Below are positions 38,941-50,635 of a DNA stretch of 64,000 nucleotides, piece after piece. Position 1 is the first letter of the stretch. Each line of letters starts with the position of its first letter. A model generated the notes under the pieces. It made no database searches and had not been told where the DNA came from. It saw only the letters and a list, made by a program, of their open reading frames with translations. The translations under genes and the position numbers were made by a program. The stretch comes from an uncultured Pseudomonadota bacterium (lineage in GTDB: Bacteria; Pseudomonadota; Alphaproteobacteria; JACZXZ01). The DNA is taken from assembly GCA_963749075.1 (NCBI GenBank), contig CAVVLJ010000017.1, positions 640,001 through 704,000 on the forward strand, in the 5' to 3' direction.

Positions 38941-40746
38941 TCAACTTTCCTTCGGCCCCGCTTTCTTCGCCGGCGGCAAGTCGAGCTTGAGGTGGAGCTC
39001 GCGGAGCCGCGCCGGATCGACGGGAGCGGGCGCCCCCATCATGAGGTCCTCGGCCTGCTGGGTCATCGGGAAGGTGATGACCTCGCGCAAGTTGCGCTCG
39101 TCCGCCAGCAGCATGACGATGCGGTCGATGCCGGGCGCCGAGCCGCCGTGCGGAGGTGCGCCGAAGCGGAAGGCCGAAAGCATGCCGCCGAAGCGGCTCT
39201 CCACCTCGTGGCGCGAATAGCCAGCGATCTCGAAGGCCTTGATCATGATGTCGGGCCGGTGGTTGCGGATGGCGCCCGAGGAGAGCTCGACCCCGTTGCA
39301 CACGATATCGTACTGGTAGGCCTTGACGGTGAGCGGGTCCTGGCTCTCGAGCGCCTCGAGGCCGCCCTGGGGCATCGAGAAGGGGTTGTGGCTGAAGGCG
39401 ATCTTGCCGGTCTCCTCCTCGCGCTCGTACATCGGGAAGTCGATGATCCAGCAGAAGCGGTAGGCCTCCGGCTCGACGAGCGCCAGCTCGTCGCCGAGGC
39501 GCGTGCGCACGAGGCCGGAGAGCTTCTGCGCCGCGGCGACCATGTCGCAGACGAAGAAGAGCGCATCCCCCGCCTTGAGGGCGGCGCGCGCCATGAGCGC
39601 CTCCTGCACGGAAGCAGGGAGGAACTTGGCGATCGGCCCCTTGCCGCCGTCGGCATCGAAGACGACGTAGCCGAGCCCGGGGGCGCCCTGCTCCTTGGCC
39701 CAGCCGTTCAAGCGGTCGAACCAGCTCCGCGGGCGCCCGGCGGCACCCGGTGCCGGGATGGCGCGCACCACCGCACCCTTCCCGATCGCCGCCTTGAAGG
39801 CGCGGAACTCGACCTCGGGCTTGGCGAAGAGGTCGGTCACGTCGTGGATTTGAAGCGGGTTGCGCAGGTCGGGCTTGTCGCTGCCGTAGCGCAGCATGGC
39901 CTCGTCGAAAGCGATGCGCGGGAAGGGCGGCTCGCTCACCTTGCGGCCGCGCCCGAACTCCGCGAAAACTCCGGCGAGCACGGGCTCGAGTGCGGCGAAG
40001 ACGTCCTCTTGCGTCACGAACGACATCTCGAGGTCGAGCTGATAGAACTCGCCGGGGGCGCGGTCGGCGCGCGCATCCTCGTCGCGGAAGCAGGGTGCGA
40101 TCTGGAAATAGCGGTCGAAGCCGGCCACCATGAGGAGCTGCTTGAACTGCTGCGGCGCCTGGGGGAGCGCGTAGAAGTGGCCGGGATGGATGCGCGAGGG
40201 CACGAGATAGTCCCGTGCCCCCTCGGGCGAGCTCGCGGTGAGGATGGGCGTGTGGAGCTCGGTGAAGCCCTGCGCCACCATGCGCCGCCGGATGCTCTGG
40301 ATCACGCTCGCGCGCAGCATGATGTTGCGGTGCATGCGCTCGCGCCGCAGGTCGAGGAAGCGGTAGCGGAGGCGGATCTCCTCGTTGTCCTCGCGGTCGA
40401 CGTTGACCTGGAGCGGCAGCGCGTCTGCCGCCGAGAGGAGCCGGTAGGCGGCGACCTTGAGCTCGACCTCGCCGGTCGGCAGCGCCGGGTTGACCGTCGC
40501 GGCGCTGCGCGCCACGACCTTGCCGGTCAGGGTTACGACGCTCTCGAGCCGCGCCGCCTCGAGCTCGGCGAAGATCGGGCTCGAGACGTCCGTCACGCAT
40601 TGCGTGATGCCGTAATGGTCGCGCAGGTCGACGAAGAGGAGCTGGCCGTGGTCGCGCTTGCGATGCACCCAGCCGGAAAGCCTGGCCTCGAGGCCCACGT
40701 GCGCGGGCCTCAAGGCGCCGCAGGTATGGCTACGATAGGCGTGCAT
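38941..40746 (-). CDS. aspS: aspartate-tRNA ligase (non-discriminating type likely)
   Basis: [47 protein letters not shown]. Confidence 0.98.
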   Translation of the reverse strand: MHAYRSHTCGALRPAHVGLEARLSGWVHRKRDHGQLLFVDLRDHYGITQCVTDVSSPIFAELEAARLESVVTLTGKVVARSAATVNPALPTGEVELKVAAYRLLSAADALPLQVNVDREDNEEIRLRYRFLDLRRERMHRNIMLRASVIQSIRRRMVAQGFTELHTPILTASSPEGARDYLVPSRIHPGHFYALPQAPQQFKQLLMVAGFDRYFQIAPCFRDEDARADRAPGEFYQLDLEMSFVTQEDVFAALEPVLAGVFAEFGRGRKVSEPPFPRIAFDEAMLRYGSDKPDLRNPLQIHDVTDLFAKPEVEFRAFKAAIGKGAVVRAIPAPGAAGRPRSWFDRLNGWAKEQGAPGLGYVVFDADGGKGPIAKFLPASVQEALMARAALKAGDALFFVCDMVAAAQKLSGLVRTRLGDELALVEPEAYRFCWIIDFPMYEREEETGKIAFSHNPFSMPQGGLEALESQDPLTVKAYQYDIVCNGVELSSGAIRNHRPDIMIKAFEIAGYSRHEVESRFGGMLSAFRFGAPPHGGSAPGIDRIVMLLADERNLREVITFPMTQQAEDLMMGAPAPVDPARLRELHLKLDLPPAKKAGPKES

Positions 40747-41047
40747 CGGGTCCTCGCGCGCGTGCTGTCCGGAAAAAGCCGGGCGGCAAGAGCGCACGGA
40801 GGGCGCGATTTGTCAAGCTGGCGCGCTTCCGGGAGTGACGCAGTCTGAATTTCAGCATCCGACCCACAGCGGCGGTCGCGACCATGTCCGCGCTTTGTCG
40901 GATCAGCCCCACGCAACCGCGCTTCAGTGTATCGCGCGCATGGCGGTCGGGCGCGCGCCATTCCGCCGACGAGCGGAAATGTCGTTGTGTGGGGCGGCTC
41001 CGCGCGGCTCGCACATCATGGCCTGCACAGACTTATCCCATGCGCGA

Positions 41048-41944
41048 TCAGCTCTCCCGGCCGTTCCGCTTCGACCTGACCTTACGCTTGACCGGGCGGG
41101 AGGCGCGCTCGATGTCCGAGGCGGAGAGGCCGAGCGTCCGCTTCGCCTCCTTTAACAAATCAGGATCAATCGGGTGCGGCTCCAGCGGCACACCCTTGCC
41201 CAGCCGGTCCACAAGGATGCGAAACGCCGCGATCCGGCCGTAAGGCTTGTCGTTCGCCGGAATCAGATGCCACGGCGCTCGTTTTGTCGCGGTCTCCTCG
41301 ATCATGTCCTCGATCGCCGTCTCATAGTCCGACCAGCGGGCGCGATTGCGGAAATCCTCATAAGATAGTTTCCAGCGCTTCACCGGATCGGTAAGCCGGT
41401 CGCGGAAGCGGCGGACCTGCTCGTCGGACGTGATGTGCAGGAACAGCTTGACGAGGCGGATTCCCGACTCGATCAGCATGCGCTCGAAATCGTTGATTTC
41501 GCGATAGGCGCGTCGCCATTCCTTGCCGGTCGCCAAGCCTTCGACGCGCTCCACCAGCACGCGGCCATACCAGGAGCGGTCGAAGGCAACGATCTGCCCC
41601 TTCTGCGGCAAGCGTTCCCAGAAGCGCTGGAGGTAGTGCTGAGCGCGTTCGTGCGCGTCCGGCGCGGCGATCGGGTGGACCTTGAAACTGCGTGGATCGA
41701 GGGCCCAGCCAAGGCGGCGAATGACGCCGCCCTTGCCGGCGGTATCCCGCCCCTCAAGCACGAGGAGTGCGCGCTCCGAGCTCCCGAGATACGCCTGCTG
41801 GACAAGCTGAAGCACTCCCTGCAGCGACATGAGACGCCGCTCGTAGTCGGCGAAGTCCATTTTGGGGTGCTTGGTGATCTGCGCGAGCCGCGGGCGGCCC
41901 GTGACAACGAAATTCTGAGACTTCATTGTGCGATACGATGACAT
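41048..41944 (-). CDS. ppk2: polyphosphate kinase 2 family protein
   Basis: LEGRDTAGKGG Walker A, FDRSWYGRVLVERV, KLFLHIT, KRWKLSYED, APWHLIPANDK; exact start uncertain. Confidence 0.9.
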   Translation of the reverse strand: MSSYRTMKSQNFVVTGRPRLAQITKHPKMDFADYERRLMSLQGVLQLVQQAYLGSSERALLVLEGRDTAGKGGVIRRLGWALDPRSFKVHPIAAPDAHERAQHYLQRFWERLPQKGQIVAFDRSWYGRVLVERVEGLATGKEWRRAYREINDFERMLIESGIRLVKLFLHITSDEQVRRFRDRLTDPVKRWKLSYEDFRNRARWSDYETAIEDMIEETATKRAPWHLIPANDKPYGRIAAFRILVDRLGKGVPLEPHPIDPDLLKEAKRTLGLSASDIERASRPVKRKVRSKRNGRES

Positions 41945-42447
41945 GGCGAAACCATGGCCCGCCAGAACAGCTTGCGACGAGGTCGATCACGCTTCATAGC
42001 AAAAAGCACCGCGCAGCGGTATCCGGCAATGATCTGGGTCACGACGGCCGTGCTTCGATTTGCACCGCAAAAATTCGGCAAGTGGGGCGAGCCATGAGGG
42101 CAAGGGCCCCTCTTTGGGCGCGGCATTATGTCCGCAAACCACCCATTGCCGAAATTCAAGCTGAGACACGACTTGCCCCCGGGCGCCGTCACCGTCTCGC
42201 TCCCGCCGAGATGTCGCCGCTTAATTTCGCTCTTCAGGCGGCCGTCACAATAGGCGCGCCGTCTTGGATGCAACGCTCGTAAAGGGACTGCCACGGGCGA
42301 GCCGATTGCAATGAACAGGGCGGAACGCTTAGGCGTGACCATCGCGATGATCGTTGCCGCAGCACCTCCCGATGCCATCGGCATTCAATTCGAACTGTAT
42401 CTCTGCCCGCTTCCTGCGCCACGCGAAAGCGTGTATGAAGGAGGGCG

Positions 42448-43641
42448 ATGACGCTCATTGCCGACACCGAAGCACTCGCGGCCTTCTGCCGGCGGCTCGC
42501 CGCCTCCTCCTACATCGCGGTCGACACCGAGTTCATGCGGGACAAGAGCTATTACCCGCAGCTCTGCCTCGTGCAGCTCGCGGGCGACGAGGACGCCGCC
42601 GCCATCGACGCGCTGGCGCCCGGCATCGATCTCTCGCCCCTCATGACGCTCATGAGCGATGCCTCGCTTCTCAAGGTGTTCCACGCCGGGCGGCAGGATT
42701 TCGAGATCTTCTGTCTTTCGACCGGCCGGGTGCCGGCCCCCATGTTCGACACCCAGATCGCCGCGATGGTGTGCGGCTTCGGCGATTCCGTCGGCTACGA
42801 CACGCTCGTCGCCAAGCTCACGGGCGCCCACGTCGACAAGTCCTCGCGCTTCACCGACTGGGCGCTCAGGCCGCTCACCGAGCGCCAGATCAAGTACGCG
42901 ATCGCCGACGTGACCCATCTGCGACCCGTCTACGAGAAGCTCCGGCAGCGGCTCGAGCACTCGGGCCGCACCGCCTGGCTCGCCGAGGAGATGGCGATCC
43001 TCGCCGATCCGGCGACCTATCGCCTCGAGCCCGAGGAGGCGTGGCAGCGGCTCAAGACGCGGAGCGGCGACCGCCGCTTCTTAGCCGTGCTCAAGGCGCT
43101 CGCCGCCTGGCGCGAGAGCGAGGCGCAGCGCCGCAACGTGCCGCGCAACCGCGTGCTGCGCGACGAGTCGCTGCTCGAGATCGCCGCCCACCACCCGGGA
43201 AGTGCCGACGAGCTCGCGCGCACGCGCGGGCTCTCGCGCGGCTTCGCCGAGGGGCGCATGGGCGAGGCCGTGCTCTCGGCCGTGCGCCGCGGCCTGGCGG
43301 TGCCCGAGGCCGAGCGTCCCGAGCCGCCGCCGCGCATAGACCTGCCGCGCGACCTCGGCGCCGTGGTCGAGCTCTTGAAGGTGCTGCTCAAGGTGCGGTG
43401 CGACGCGCAGCACGTGGCGACCAAGCTCGTCGCCTCCTCGGCCGACCTCGAGCTGATCGCCGCCGCCGACGATGCCCCGGTGCCGGCACTCAAGGGCTGG
43501 CGCCGCGAAGTCTTCGGCGAGGCGGCGCTCAAGCTCAAGCACGGCGAGCTGGCGCTCGCCCTCGACGGCAAGGCCCTCAAGCTCGTCGAGCGCACGCCCG
43601 CTCCCTCGCCCGCCCGCGGGCGCGAGGCCATGGGAGGATGA
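42448..43641 (+). CDS. rnd: ribonuclease D
   Basis: AVDTEFMR, KVFHAGRQD, FDTQIAA, YAIADV, HRDC domain. Confidence 0.96.
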   Translation: MTLIADTEALAAFCRRLAASSYIAVDTEFMRDKSYYPQLCLVQLAGDEDAAAIDALAPGIDLSPLMTLMSDASLLKVFHAGRQDFEIFCLSTGRVPAPMFDTQIAAMVCGFGDSVGYDTLVAKLTGAHVDKSSRFTDWALRPLTERQIKYAIADVTHLRPVYEKLRQRLEHSGRTAWLAEEMAILADPATYRLEPEEAWQRLKTRSGDRRFLAVLKALAAWRESEAQRRNVPRNRVLRDESLLEIAAHHPGSADELARTRGLSRGFAEGRMGEAVLSAVRRGLAVPEAERPEPPPRIDLPRDLGAVVELLKVLLKVRCDAQHVATKLVASSADLELIAAADDAPVPALKGWRREVFGEAALKLKHGELALALDGKALKLVERTPAPSPARGREAMGG

Positions 43642-43654
43642 GAGAGAGCGGCGC

Positions 43655-45175
43655 TCAGCGCCCCTTGCTGCGCGCGACGACGGGCTTGCGGCCGAAGGCC
43701 TCGGCGAGCGCCTCGAAGCGGCGGCCCATCTGCTCGCCGTCGAGGTCAGCGGTCTCGCCGGGGAGGTGGAGGACGAGGCGCTCGCCCTCGAGGCTGAGCG
43801 AGGTGCGGCGCAGCAGTGCCGCGACCCCGCCCGAGGCGGCGATCGCCGCCCTCAGCGCCATGCCGATGCGCTCGGCCTGGACGACGTGGTCGGAGCCGAG
43901 CAGCAGGCGCGCCGCCTCGGGCTCGTCGCCCCCCAGCCGGCCGGCATAGCGCGCATAGACGGCGAGTGCGATGAGGCCGCGGCTCGGATGGTCGAGGCCG
44001 GCGATCGGCAGGCGCAGGATGCGCAGGCAGCCGTGCTCGGCGCGGTAGTCCGGGTGCTCGCGCCAGGCGATGTCGGCGAGATGGCAGGCGGCGAGGCGGA
44101 GCCGGCGTTCGCCGCGCGTCTCGTCGGCGAAGAGCGGCGCCATCCAGCGGAAGAGCGCGTCGCCGATCGGCTCGAAGCGGCGGTCGGCGCGGGCGAGCTC
44201 CGAGGCGGCGCTGATGAGCGGGTCCTCGCGCCGCGTCGCCTCGGAGAGCAGGCTGAACATCTGGCCCTCGCGGATGCCCTGCGCCGAGAAGACGACCTGC
44301 GACGGCGAGGCCTCGCGCAGCACGCGCCACAGCACGAGTGCCGCGTGCGGCAGCGTCTCGAGGCGCTTGCGCGACACCGACGAGGTCATGTTCTCGAGCG
44401 ATTTCCGGCTCTGCGCGGTCATGAGCTGGCAGAACTCGATCATCTTCTCGCGCGCCACGCTGTAGTGATGGATGACGTGGAGCGGATAATCCATATGCTC
44501 AATGTGGATGCGCGCAATCGCCCGCCATGCGCCGCCCACGGCGTAGAAGCTGCGGCCCTTGCAGGCCGCGAGCCAAGGGAGGCCGGCCAATGCCGTGTCG
44601 ACGATCGCGCGCGCGCGCTTCGGCTCGTCCGCCGCCACGTCCATCATGCGCAGCGGGCCCAAGGGAAGCGTGCCCTGCGCGCCGACGGCGCCCTTGTCGA
44701 GCGCCACGAGCTCGAGGCTGCCGCCGCCGAGATCGCCCATGACGCCGTCCGCCTCGGGCACGCCCGAGAGCACGCCGAGTGCCGCGAGCCGCGCCTCCTC
44801 CTCGCCGGAGACGACGCGGATCTTCTCCCTGCAGCGCCGCTCGGCCTCGGCGACGAAATCGGCGCCGTCGCTCGCGTCGCGCACGGCGGCCGTCGCCAGG
44901 ATGTCGAGGCGCCGCACCCCCATGTGGCGGGCGAGGAGCGTGAAGCGCGCCAGGTTGTCGAGCGCGCGCGCGCGGCCGCCCTTGTTGAGCCGGCCCGTCG
45001 TCTGCAGCCCCCGCCCGAGCCCGCACAGCACGCGCTCGTTGAAGACCGGCCAAGGTGCCCTGGCGAGGCGCTCGTAGACCACGAGGCGGATCGAGTTGGA
45101 GCCTACGTCGATGACCGCGATGCCGGTGCCGCGCGCCTTGATGGCTGCAGCACTGCGCGTCGCCTCGAGCGCCAT
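43655..45175 (-). CDS. ppx: exopolyphosphatase Ppx/GppA
   Basis: VIDVGSNSIRL, ATAAVRDA, SGEEEA, DLGGGSLE, GIREG. Confidence 0.93.
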   Translation of the reverse strand: MALEATRSAAAIKARGTGIAVIDVGSNSIRLVVYERLARAPWPVFNERVLCGLGRGLQTTGRLNKGGRARALDNLARFTLLARHMGVRRLDILATAAVRDASDGADFVAEAERRCREKIRVVSGEEEARLAALGVLSGVPEADGVMGDLGGGSLELVALDKGAVGAQGTLPLGPLRMMDVAADEPKRARAIVDTALAGLPWLAACKGRSFYAVGGAWRAIARIHIEHMDYPLHVIHHYSVAREKMIEFCQLMTAQSRKSLENMTSSVSRKRLETLPHAALVLWRVLREASPSQVVFSAQGIREGQMFSLLSEATRREDPLISAASELARADRRFEPIGDALFRWMAPLFADETRGERRLRLAACHLADIAWREHPDYRAEHGCLRILRLPIAGLDHPSRGLIALAVYARYAGRLGGDEPEAARLLLGSDHVVQAERIGMALRAAIAASGGVAALLRRTSLSLEGERLVLHLPGETADLDGEQMGRRFEALAEAFGRKPVVARSKGR

Positions 45176-45178
45176 GCC

Positions 45179-47329
45179 TCAGGCTTGCTTGGAGACCAGC
45201 CGCGGGCTCGGCGCCGGCTTCGCCTTCTTGAGCGCGCTGCCGCGTCCCGAGAGGCTCGGGTTGGTCATGAAGAAGGTGTGGGCGCTGAAGGCATCCTTGT
45301 CCGACTTCAGGCGCGTATATGTGCCGTCCGGGCCGAGCCACCAGCTCTGCGCCACGTCCTTGAGGTTCGCCACCATGATCTGGTCGAGCACCTGCTGATG
45401 CACCGTGGGGTTCTCGATGGGGACGAGGGTCTCGACGCGGCGGTCGAGGTTGCGCGGCATCCAGTCCGCCGACGAGATGAAGACCTTGGCATGGGGCGAG
45501 GGCAGCGCGTGTCCGTTGCCGAAGGCGACGATGCGACCGTGCTCGAGGAAGCGGCCGACGATGCTCTTCACGCGGATGTTGTCGGAGAGGTCGGCGACGC
45601 CGGGCCTGAGGCAGCAGATGCCGCGCACCACGAGGTCGATCTGCACGCCGGCCTGGGAGGCGCGGTAGAGCGCGTCGATCAGCCGCGCATCGACCAGCGA
45701 GTTGACCTTCACCCAGATCTGCGCCGGCCGTCCCTTGCGCGCGTGCGCGATCTCAGCGTCGATGAGGGCGAGCAGCGTCTCGCGCAGGTTGACCGGGGAG
45801 ATGGCGAGCTTCTCGGGGTGCTTGGGCCGGGCGTAGCCGGTCATGAAATTGAAGAGCAGCGCCGCGTCGCGGCAGAACGCCGGCTCGCAGGTGAAGAAGG
45901 AGAGGTCGGTATAGACCTTGGCGGTGACCGGATGGTAGTTGCCGGTGCCGAAGTGCACGTAGGAGCGCAGGTTCTTCCCCTCGCGCCTGACCATGAGCGA
46001 GACCTTGGCGTGGGTCTTGAGGTCGAGGAAGCCGTAGATGACCTGGGCGCCCGAGCGCTCGAGATCGCGCGCCCAGCGGATGTTGGCCGCCTCGTCGAAG
46101 CGCGCCTTGAGCTCGACCATCGCGGTCACCGACTTCCCCGCCTCCGCGGCCTCGATGAGGGCCTGCACGACCGGCGAATCGTCGCTCGTGCGGTAAAGCG
46201 TCTGCTTGATCGCGACGACCTGCGGATCCTGCGCCGCCTGGCGCACGAACTGCACCACCACGTCGAAGCTCTCGTAAGGGTGGTGCACCACGATGTCCTT
46301 GGCGCGGATCGCCGCGAAGCAGTCGCCGCCGAAATCGCGGATGCGCTCGGGAAAGCGCGGGTTGTACGGCCGGAAGAGGAGGTCGCGCCGCTCCGGCACG
46401 ATGAGCGCCTTGGTCGCCTCGAGGCCGATGAGGCCGTCGATCTCGAAGATGTCGCTCGGCGCGACGCGGAATTTGTCGATGACGAAACGCTTGAGCTCGG
46501 GCGGCATGCCCAGGTTCATGACGAGGTGGATGACGCTGCCGCGCTTGCGCCGCTTGAGCGCCGATTCGAAGACGCGCACCAGGTCCTCGGCCTCCTCCTC
46601 GATCTCGACCTCGCTGTCGCGCAGCACGCGGAAGAGCCCCTGACCCAGCACCTCGAAACCGGGGAACAGGCGGTCGAGGAAGAGCCCGACCAGCGCCTCG
46701 ATGGGAAGGAAGCGGATCTTGGCGCCCGGCAGGCGCGCGAAGCGGTCGATCTGGCTCGGCATGGGCACGAGGGCGCTCATCGCCTTGCCGTCCTCGGCGC
46801 GCGCGAGCGACAGCACCATGGCGAAGCCGAGGTTGGGGATGAAGGGGAAGGGATGCGCCGGATCGACCGCGAGCGGCGTCAGCACCGGGAAGATGTGATC
46901 CATGAAATAATTGTCGAGCCAGTGGCGGTCCTCGGCCGTGAGCTCGGCGGGCTCGACGACCGAGAGCTCGGTCGCGCGGAGCGCGTCGCGCAGCGTCCGC
47001 CAGTGCTTCTGCTGGTTCAGCACGAGCTCGCCCGCGCGCCTGTTGATGGCCTCGAGCTGCTCGGCCGGCGTGAGCCCGTCGTCGCTCGGCGTCACCACGC
47101 GGGCCGCAACTTGCGCCTTGAGGCCGGCCACGCGCACCATGTAGAACTCGTCGAGGTTGCTCGCCGAGATCGAGAGGAAGCGCAGGCGCTCGAGCAGCGG
47201 ATGGTTCGGATTCTCCGCCTCGGAGAGCACCCGCTCGTTGAAGGCAAGCCAAGAGAGCTCGCGGTTGATGAAGCGCGCGTCCGAGTCCATCCCGATGCTC
47301 GGGGCCGCCGCGTAGGTCTGATCGGGCAC
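45179..47329 (-). CDS. ppk1: polyphosphate kinase 1
   Basis: [51 protein letters not shown]; GTG start after GAGGAG. Confidence 0.97.
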   Translation of the reverse strand: MPDQTYAAAPSIGMDSDARFINRELSWLAFNERVLSEAENPNHPLLERLRFLSISASNLDEFYMVRVAGLKAQVAARVVTPSDDGLTPAEQLEAINRRAGELVLNQQKHWRTLRDALRATELSVVEPAELTAEDRHWLDNYFMDHIFPVLTPLAVDPAHPFPFIPNLGFAMVLSLARAEDGKAMSALVPMPSQIDRFARLPGAKIRFLPIEALVGLFLDRLFPGFEVLGQGLFRVLRDSEVEIEEEAEDLVRVFESALKRRKRGSVIHLVMNLGMPPELKRFVIDKFRVAPSDIFEIDGLIGLEATKALIVPERRDLLFRPYNPRFPERIRDFGGDCFAAIRAKDIVVHHPYESFDVVVQFVRQAAQDPQVVAIKQTLYRTSDDSPVVQALIEAAEAGKSVTAMVELKARFDEAANIRWARDLERSGAQVIYGFLDLKTHAKVSLMVRREGKNLRSYVHFGTGNYHPVTAKVYTDLSFFTCEPAFCRDAALLFNFMTGYARPKHPEKLAISPVNLRETLLALIDAEIAHARKGRPAQIWVKVNSLVDARLIDALYRASQAGVQIDLVVRGICCLRPGVADLSDNIRVKSIVGRFLEHGRIVAFGNGHALPSPHAKVFISSADWMPRNLDRRVETLVPIENPTVHQQVLDQIMVANLKDVAQSWWLGPDGTYTRLKSDKDAFSAHTFFMTNPSLSGRGSALKKAKPAPSPRLVSKQA

Positions 47330-47617
47330 TCGGGCTCCTCCCCCGCCCGCGGCGCGGGCGGCCACATAACACACGTTGCAGCCGCATCCTACCACGGAGA
47401 ACCGGCAGGAATTATGACATGGGGAGCCTTGCGCTGCCATGACAACCCTTGCCCCGCCGTGCTAGGCCTAGGGCTGCCCGCAGGGTTTCGAGGGCGCGCG
47501 GCGCGCCCCCTGCAAGCGGATGCAACGCCTTGACTTCGTGCCGATTTCGCCTCTGCCGCGGCGCCGGACGGCGGCTGCGGGCGTGCGAGAGCCGGCGCCG
47601 CCGCCCGGGAGCCGGCC

Positions 47618-48136
47618 ATGAAGACGATCATCCTCCTGCGCCACGCCAAGTCGAGCTGGGACGAGGCCGGCACGCCCGACTTCGAGCGCCCGCTTTCGCC
47701 CCGCGGCAAGCGGGCCTGCGCCGCGGTGCGCACGGCGCTGGGGCGGCTCGGGGCAGCGCCCGAGCTCGTGCTCTGCTCGTTGGCCAGGCGCACGCAGGAG
47801 ACGCTCCGCCGCATCGCCCCGGCGCTTGCCGGCGGTCCCGACGTCATCGTCGAGCGGCGCCTCTATCTCGCGAGCGCCAAGAAGCTCCTCGAGCGCCTGC
47901 AGGCGCTCGAGGCGGAGCCGGACTCGGTGCTGCTCCTCGGCCACAACCCGGGTCTCCAGCGCTTGGCCGTCGAGCTCGCAGGCCGAGGCGAGGCCGCGGC
48001 GCTCAAGCGCCTCGCCGCCAAGTTCCCGACCGCGGCCCTTGCCGAGCTGAGCTTCCCGGGGAAGAGCTGGCGCGAGCTCGAGCCCGGCTCGGCGGAGCTG
48101 GTGAGCCTGTGGAGTCCCAAGGACGACGAGGATTGA
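47618..48136 (+). CDS. SixA-like histidine phosphatase
   Basis: LLRHAKSSW, DFERPLSPRG, LLGHNPG, KFPTA. Confidence 0.9.
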   Translation: MKTIILLRHAKSSWDEAGTPDFERPLSPRGKRACAAVRTALGRLGAAPELVLCSLARRTQETLRRIAPALAGGPDVIVERRLYLASAKKLLERLQALEAEPDSVLLLGHNPGLQRLAVELAGRGEAAALKRLAAKFPTAALAELSFPGKSWRELEPGSAELVSLWSPKDDED

Positions 48137-48154
48137 CGCGATCCGCAGCGCCGC

Positions 48155-49219
48155 TCAGCCCGCCTCGCTCAGGCGCTCGGGCGCCCCAGCGGGCTCGCCG
48201 GCCGGGAGGTAGCGGCAAATCGCCACCGGGGCGGAGATGCCCTTGATCTTCTCGGTGCCGATCGGCAGCAGCCGGTTGTCGCGATTGTCGAGCGCCTCGG
48301 CAACGTCGCCGGATATGACGCAGGCGACGCCGAGCGCCTTCGCCTCCTCCTCCATGCGCGCCGCGATGTTGATGGTATCGCCATAGATGCCGATGGCGCG
48401 CTTGATGTCCCCTTGCTCGCTCACGACGACCTGGCCGCCGTGGATGCCGACGCGAAAGCTCGGCACGACGCCGAAGCGCCGGCGGTACTCCGCGTGCTCC
48501 CGCCTCACGGTGGCGAACATCGCGTCGACGGCGCCGAGGAGCCGGTTGTCCTTCACCGCCTCGTTCCAATCCCACATCGCGATCAGGCCGTCGCCCTTGT
48601 AGACGTAGATTTCGCCGCCGTGGTCGGTGATCGGCTGCGAGATGTCGAAGAGGAATTTGCCGACGAAGTCTTTCGTCTCGAACATGCCCAGCCGCTCGGC
48701 GATGGCGGCCGAGTCGTTGATGTCGAGAAAGAGCAGCACCTTGGTTTTCAGCACCGGGCGGTGATAGGTGCCGACCATGAGATCGAGCAAGGTCTCGGCG
48801 CCGACGAAATGGACGACCCGCATGACGACGATGCAGACGACCGAGAACGCCATGAACACCGGAATGATGAACGGCAGCCGCCTATACATCGTCGGCAAGT
48901 CGTCCAGGCGCCACAGGATCAAATGGGAGAGGTGGATGGCGACGAGAAAGATCGCCATCGCGACAAGCGCGTAGACGAGAATCGAGCGCAGAGGGTGCAT
49001 GCTGCGCAGCCAGCGCCCGCGCAGGCTTTGCACGTAGAATTCCTCGAAGACGCCGATGCCCATGCCGATCAGGATGGCATTGCTGATGCCGAAGCGGAGC
49101 GGACGCCCCGCGGCGAGCGTCGTCAGGCAGCCGAGCAGAGCGAAGATGCCCATCGCCAGCAGGATCGAGACGAGTCTCCGGCGCGCCGAGATGGAGAGGT
49201 GGATCATTCCGAACGCCAT
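48155..49219 (-). CDS. membrane-anchored class III adenylate/guanylate cyclase
   Basis: 4 N-terminal TM helices; LFLDIND, YKGDGL, FRVGIHGG, GDTINIAARME. Confidence 0.88.
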   Translation of the reverse strand: MAFGMIHLSISARRRLVSILLAMGIFALLGCLTTLAAGRPLRFGISNAILIGMGIGVFEEFYVQSLRGRWLRSMHPLRSILVYALVAMAIFLVAIHLSHLILWRLDDLPTMYRRLPFIIPVFMAFSVVCIVVMRVVHFVGAETLLDLMVGTYHRPVLKTKVLLFLDINDSAAIAERLGMFETKDFVGKFLFDISQPITDHGGEIYVYKGDGLIAMWDWNEAVKDNRLLGAVDAMFATVRREHAEYRRRFGVVPSFRVGIHGGQVVVSEQGDIKRAIGIYGDTINIAARMEEEAKALGVACVISGDVAEALDNRDNRLLPIGTEKIKGISAPVAICRYLPAGEPAGAPERLSEAG

Positions 49220-49811
49220 CGGCTCATTGCAATCGCTGAGCGAAAGGTGCCGCGCGGAGGCCCGGACGACAAGCATTCGCCGGGGCCGAACCGGACGAGC
49301 GGCCTGCCGGCCTCAGGATGGCATTTCCCGGGCTTGCCGACAATGAAGCGCCGACATCACGATTTCGGCATCACGGATGCAGTATCACGGTCGCAAAATG
49401 GTGGTTGCAACACGCGTCGCTTTCATGGCTCGAGGCGTGAATTCATAAACGCGTCTTGAAGTGGCTTGCCAGAGTCCGCTTTGTGACCGTAAGCAGCTGT
49501 CACCCGCGGCCGGCAGCACTTCCGAGATGTGCCTGGAGCAGAAATATCTCCTCCAGGGCCCGCATCGAATCTGTTACACTAGCCATACTACACGTTTTGT
49601 CGGGTGAAGCGTGAGCGGGCCTTCCATCCGAACAATTAAGCGTCTCTTTGCTGTGTCGGGGAACGAGTGTGCGTTTCCCGAATGCAGGGAATTCATAATT
49701 CGGGGCGAGAGTTTGATTGGCGAGGTGTGTCACATCAAAGCTGTCCGGCAAGGTGGTCCGCGGTTTGATCCTGAGCAAGCAGAAGTGGATAGACATAAAT
49801 TCGAGAATCTA

Positions 49812-50635
49812 GGGTCTGTACCCGCATAATGTCTTGAAAAAGTTGTCCGAATGTGATTCACCGTGGTTGGAGGTGGATCATGCGGTTTGATTTGAGCGAC
49901 GAGGAATGGGCTGTGCTGGAGCCGTTGATGCCGGGCCTTCGCAAGAAGGCGCGAGAGGATGATCGCCGGATCATGAATGGCATCTTCTACGTGCTGCGCA
50001 CCGGCATGCCGTGGCGAGATTTGCCGGAGCGCTATGGGCCTTACACGACGGTCTACAATCGCTTCAACCGCTGGTCTCGCCGCGGCATCTGGAAGCGGAT
50101 TTTCGACGCGCTGGCCGCGACATCGCACGATAGCCTCTATCTGATCGACAGCACCATCGTGAAAGCGCATCGCGCGGCGAGCGGCGCAAAAGGGGGGAGA
50201 AAAATCAGGCGATCGGTATTAGCCGGGGCGGGCGCAGCACGAAGATCCATGCGGTCGTCGACGGCAAAGGCCGCCCGCTGAACTTCATCGTCACGGGCGC
50301 ACAGGTCCATGACAGCCAAGTCGTCGAAGCGGTACTGGACACGCCCAAGCCGCCCCTCGCCGTCGCGGCCAACAAGGCTTATGACAGCCAAAAGGTCCGC
50401 CAGCAGATCAGGGACGAAGGTGCCTTGCCCGTCATCCCCAGCCGCAGCAATGCCACCAAGAAAGCCTATTGCCCCAAGCGCATCTATCGCAGGCGCCACA
50501 AGATCGAAAATTACTTCTGCCGCATCAAGGATTGGCGGCGCATCGCAACCCGATACGACAAGCTGGCCAGAAACTTCCTTGCCGCCGCAGCCCTCGTCGG
50601 CGCACTCTACTGGATCAAATTGTGAGTCCAGACCC
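49812..50635 (+). mobile_element. IS5 family (IS427-group-like) insertion sequence, 824 bp
   Basis: Terminal IRs GGGTCTGTACCCGCA / TGTGAGTCCAGACCC, TA target duplication (49810-11, 50636-37), two-ORF transposase. Confidence 0.92.
49880..50625 (+). CDS. IS5 family transposase, orfA/orfB joined by frameshift at AAAAGGGGGGA (~50190)
   Basis: GIFYVLRTGMPWRDLP, LIDSTIVKAH, SRGGRSTKIH, ANKAYDS, RHKIENYFCRIK, RIATRYDK. Confidence 0.88.

Noticed and set aside
43472-47533. 1353-aa plus-strand ORF
   Set aside because: Antisense to ppx and ppk1; stop codons are rare on the shadow frame because of codon bias.
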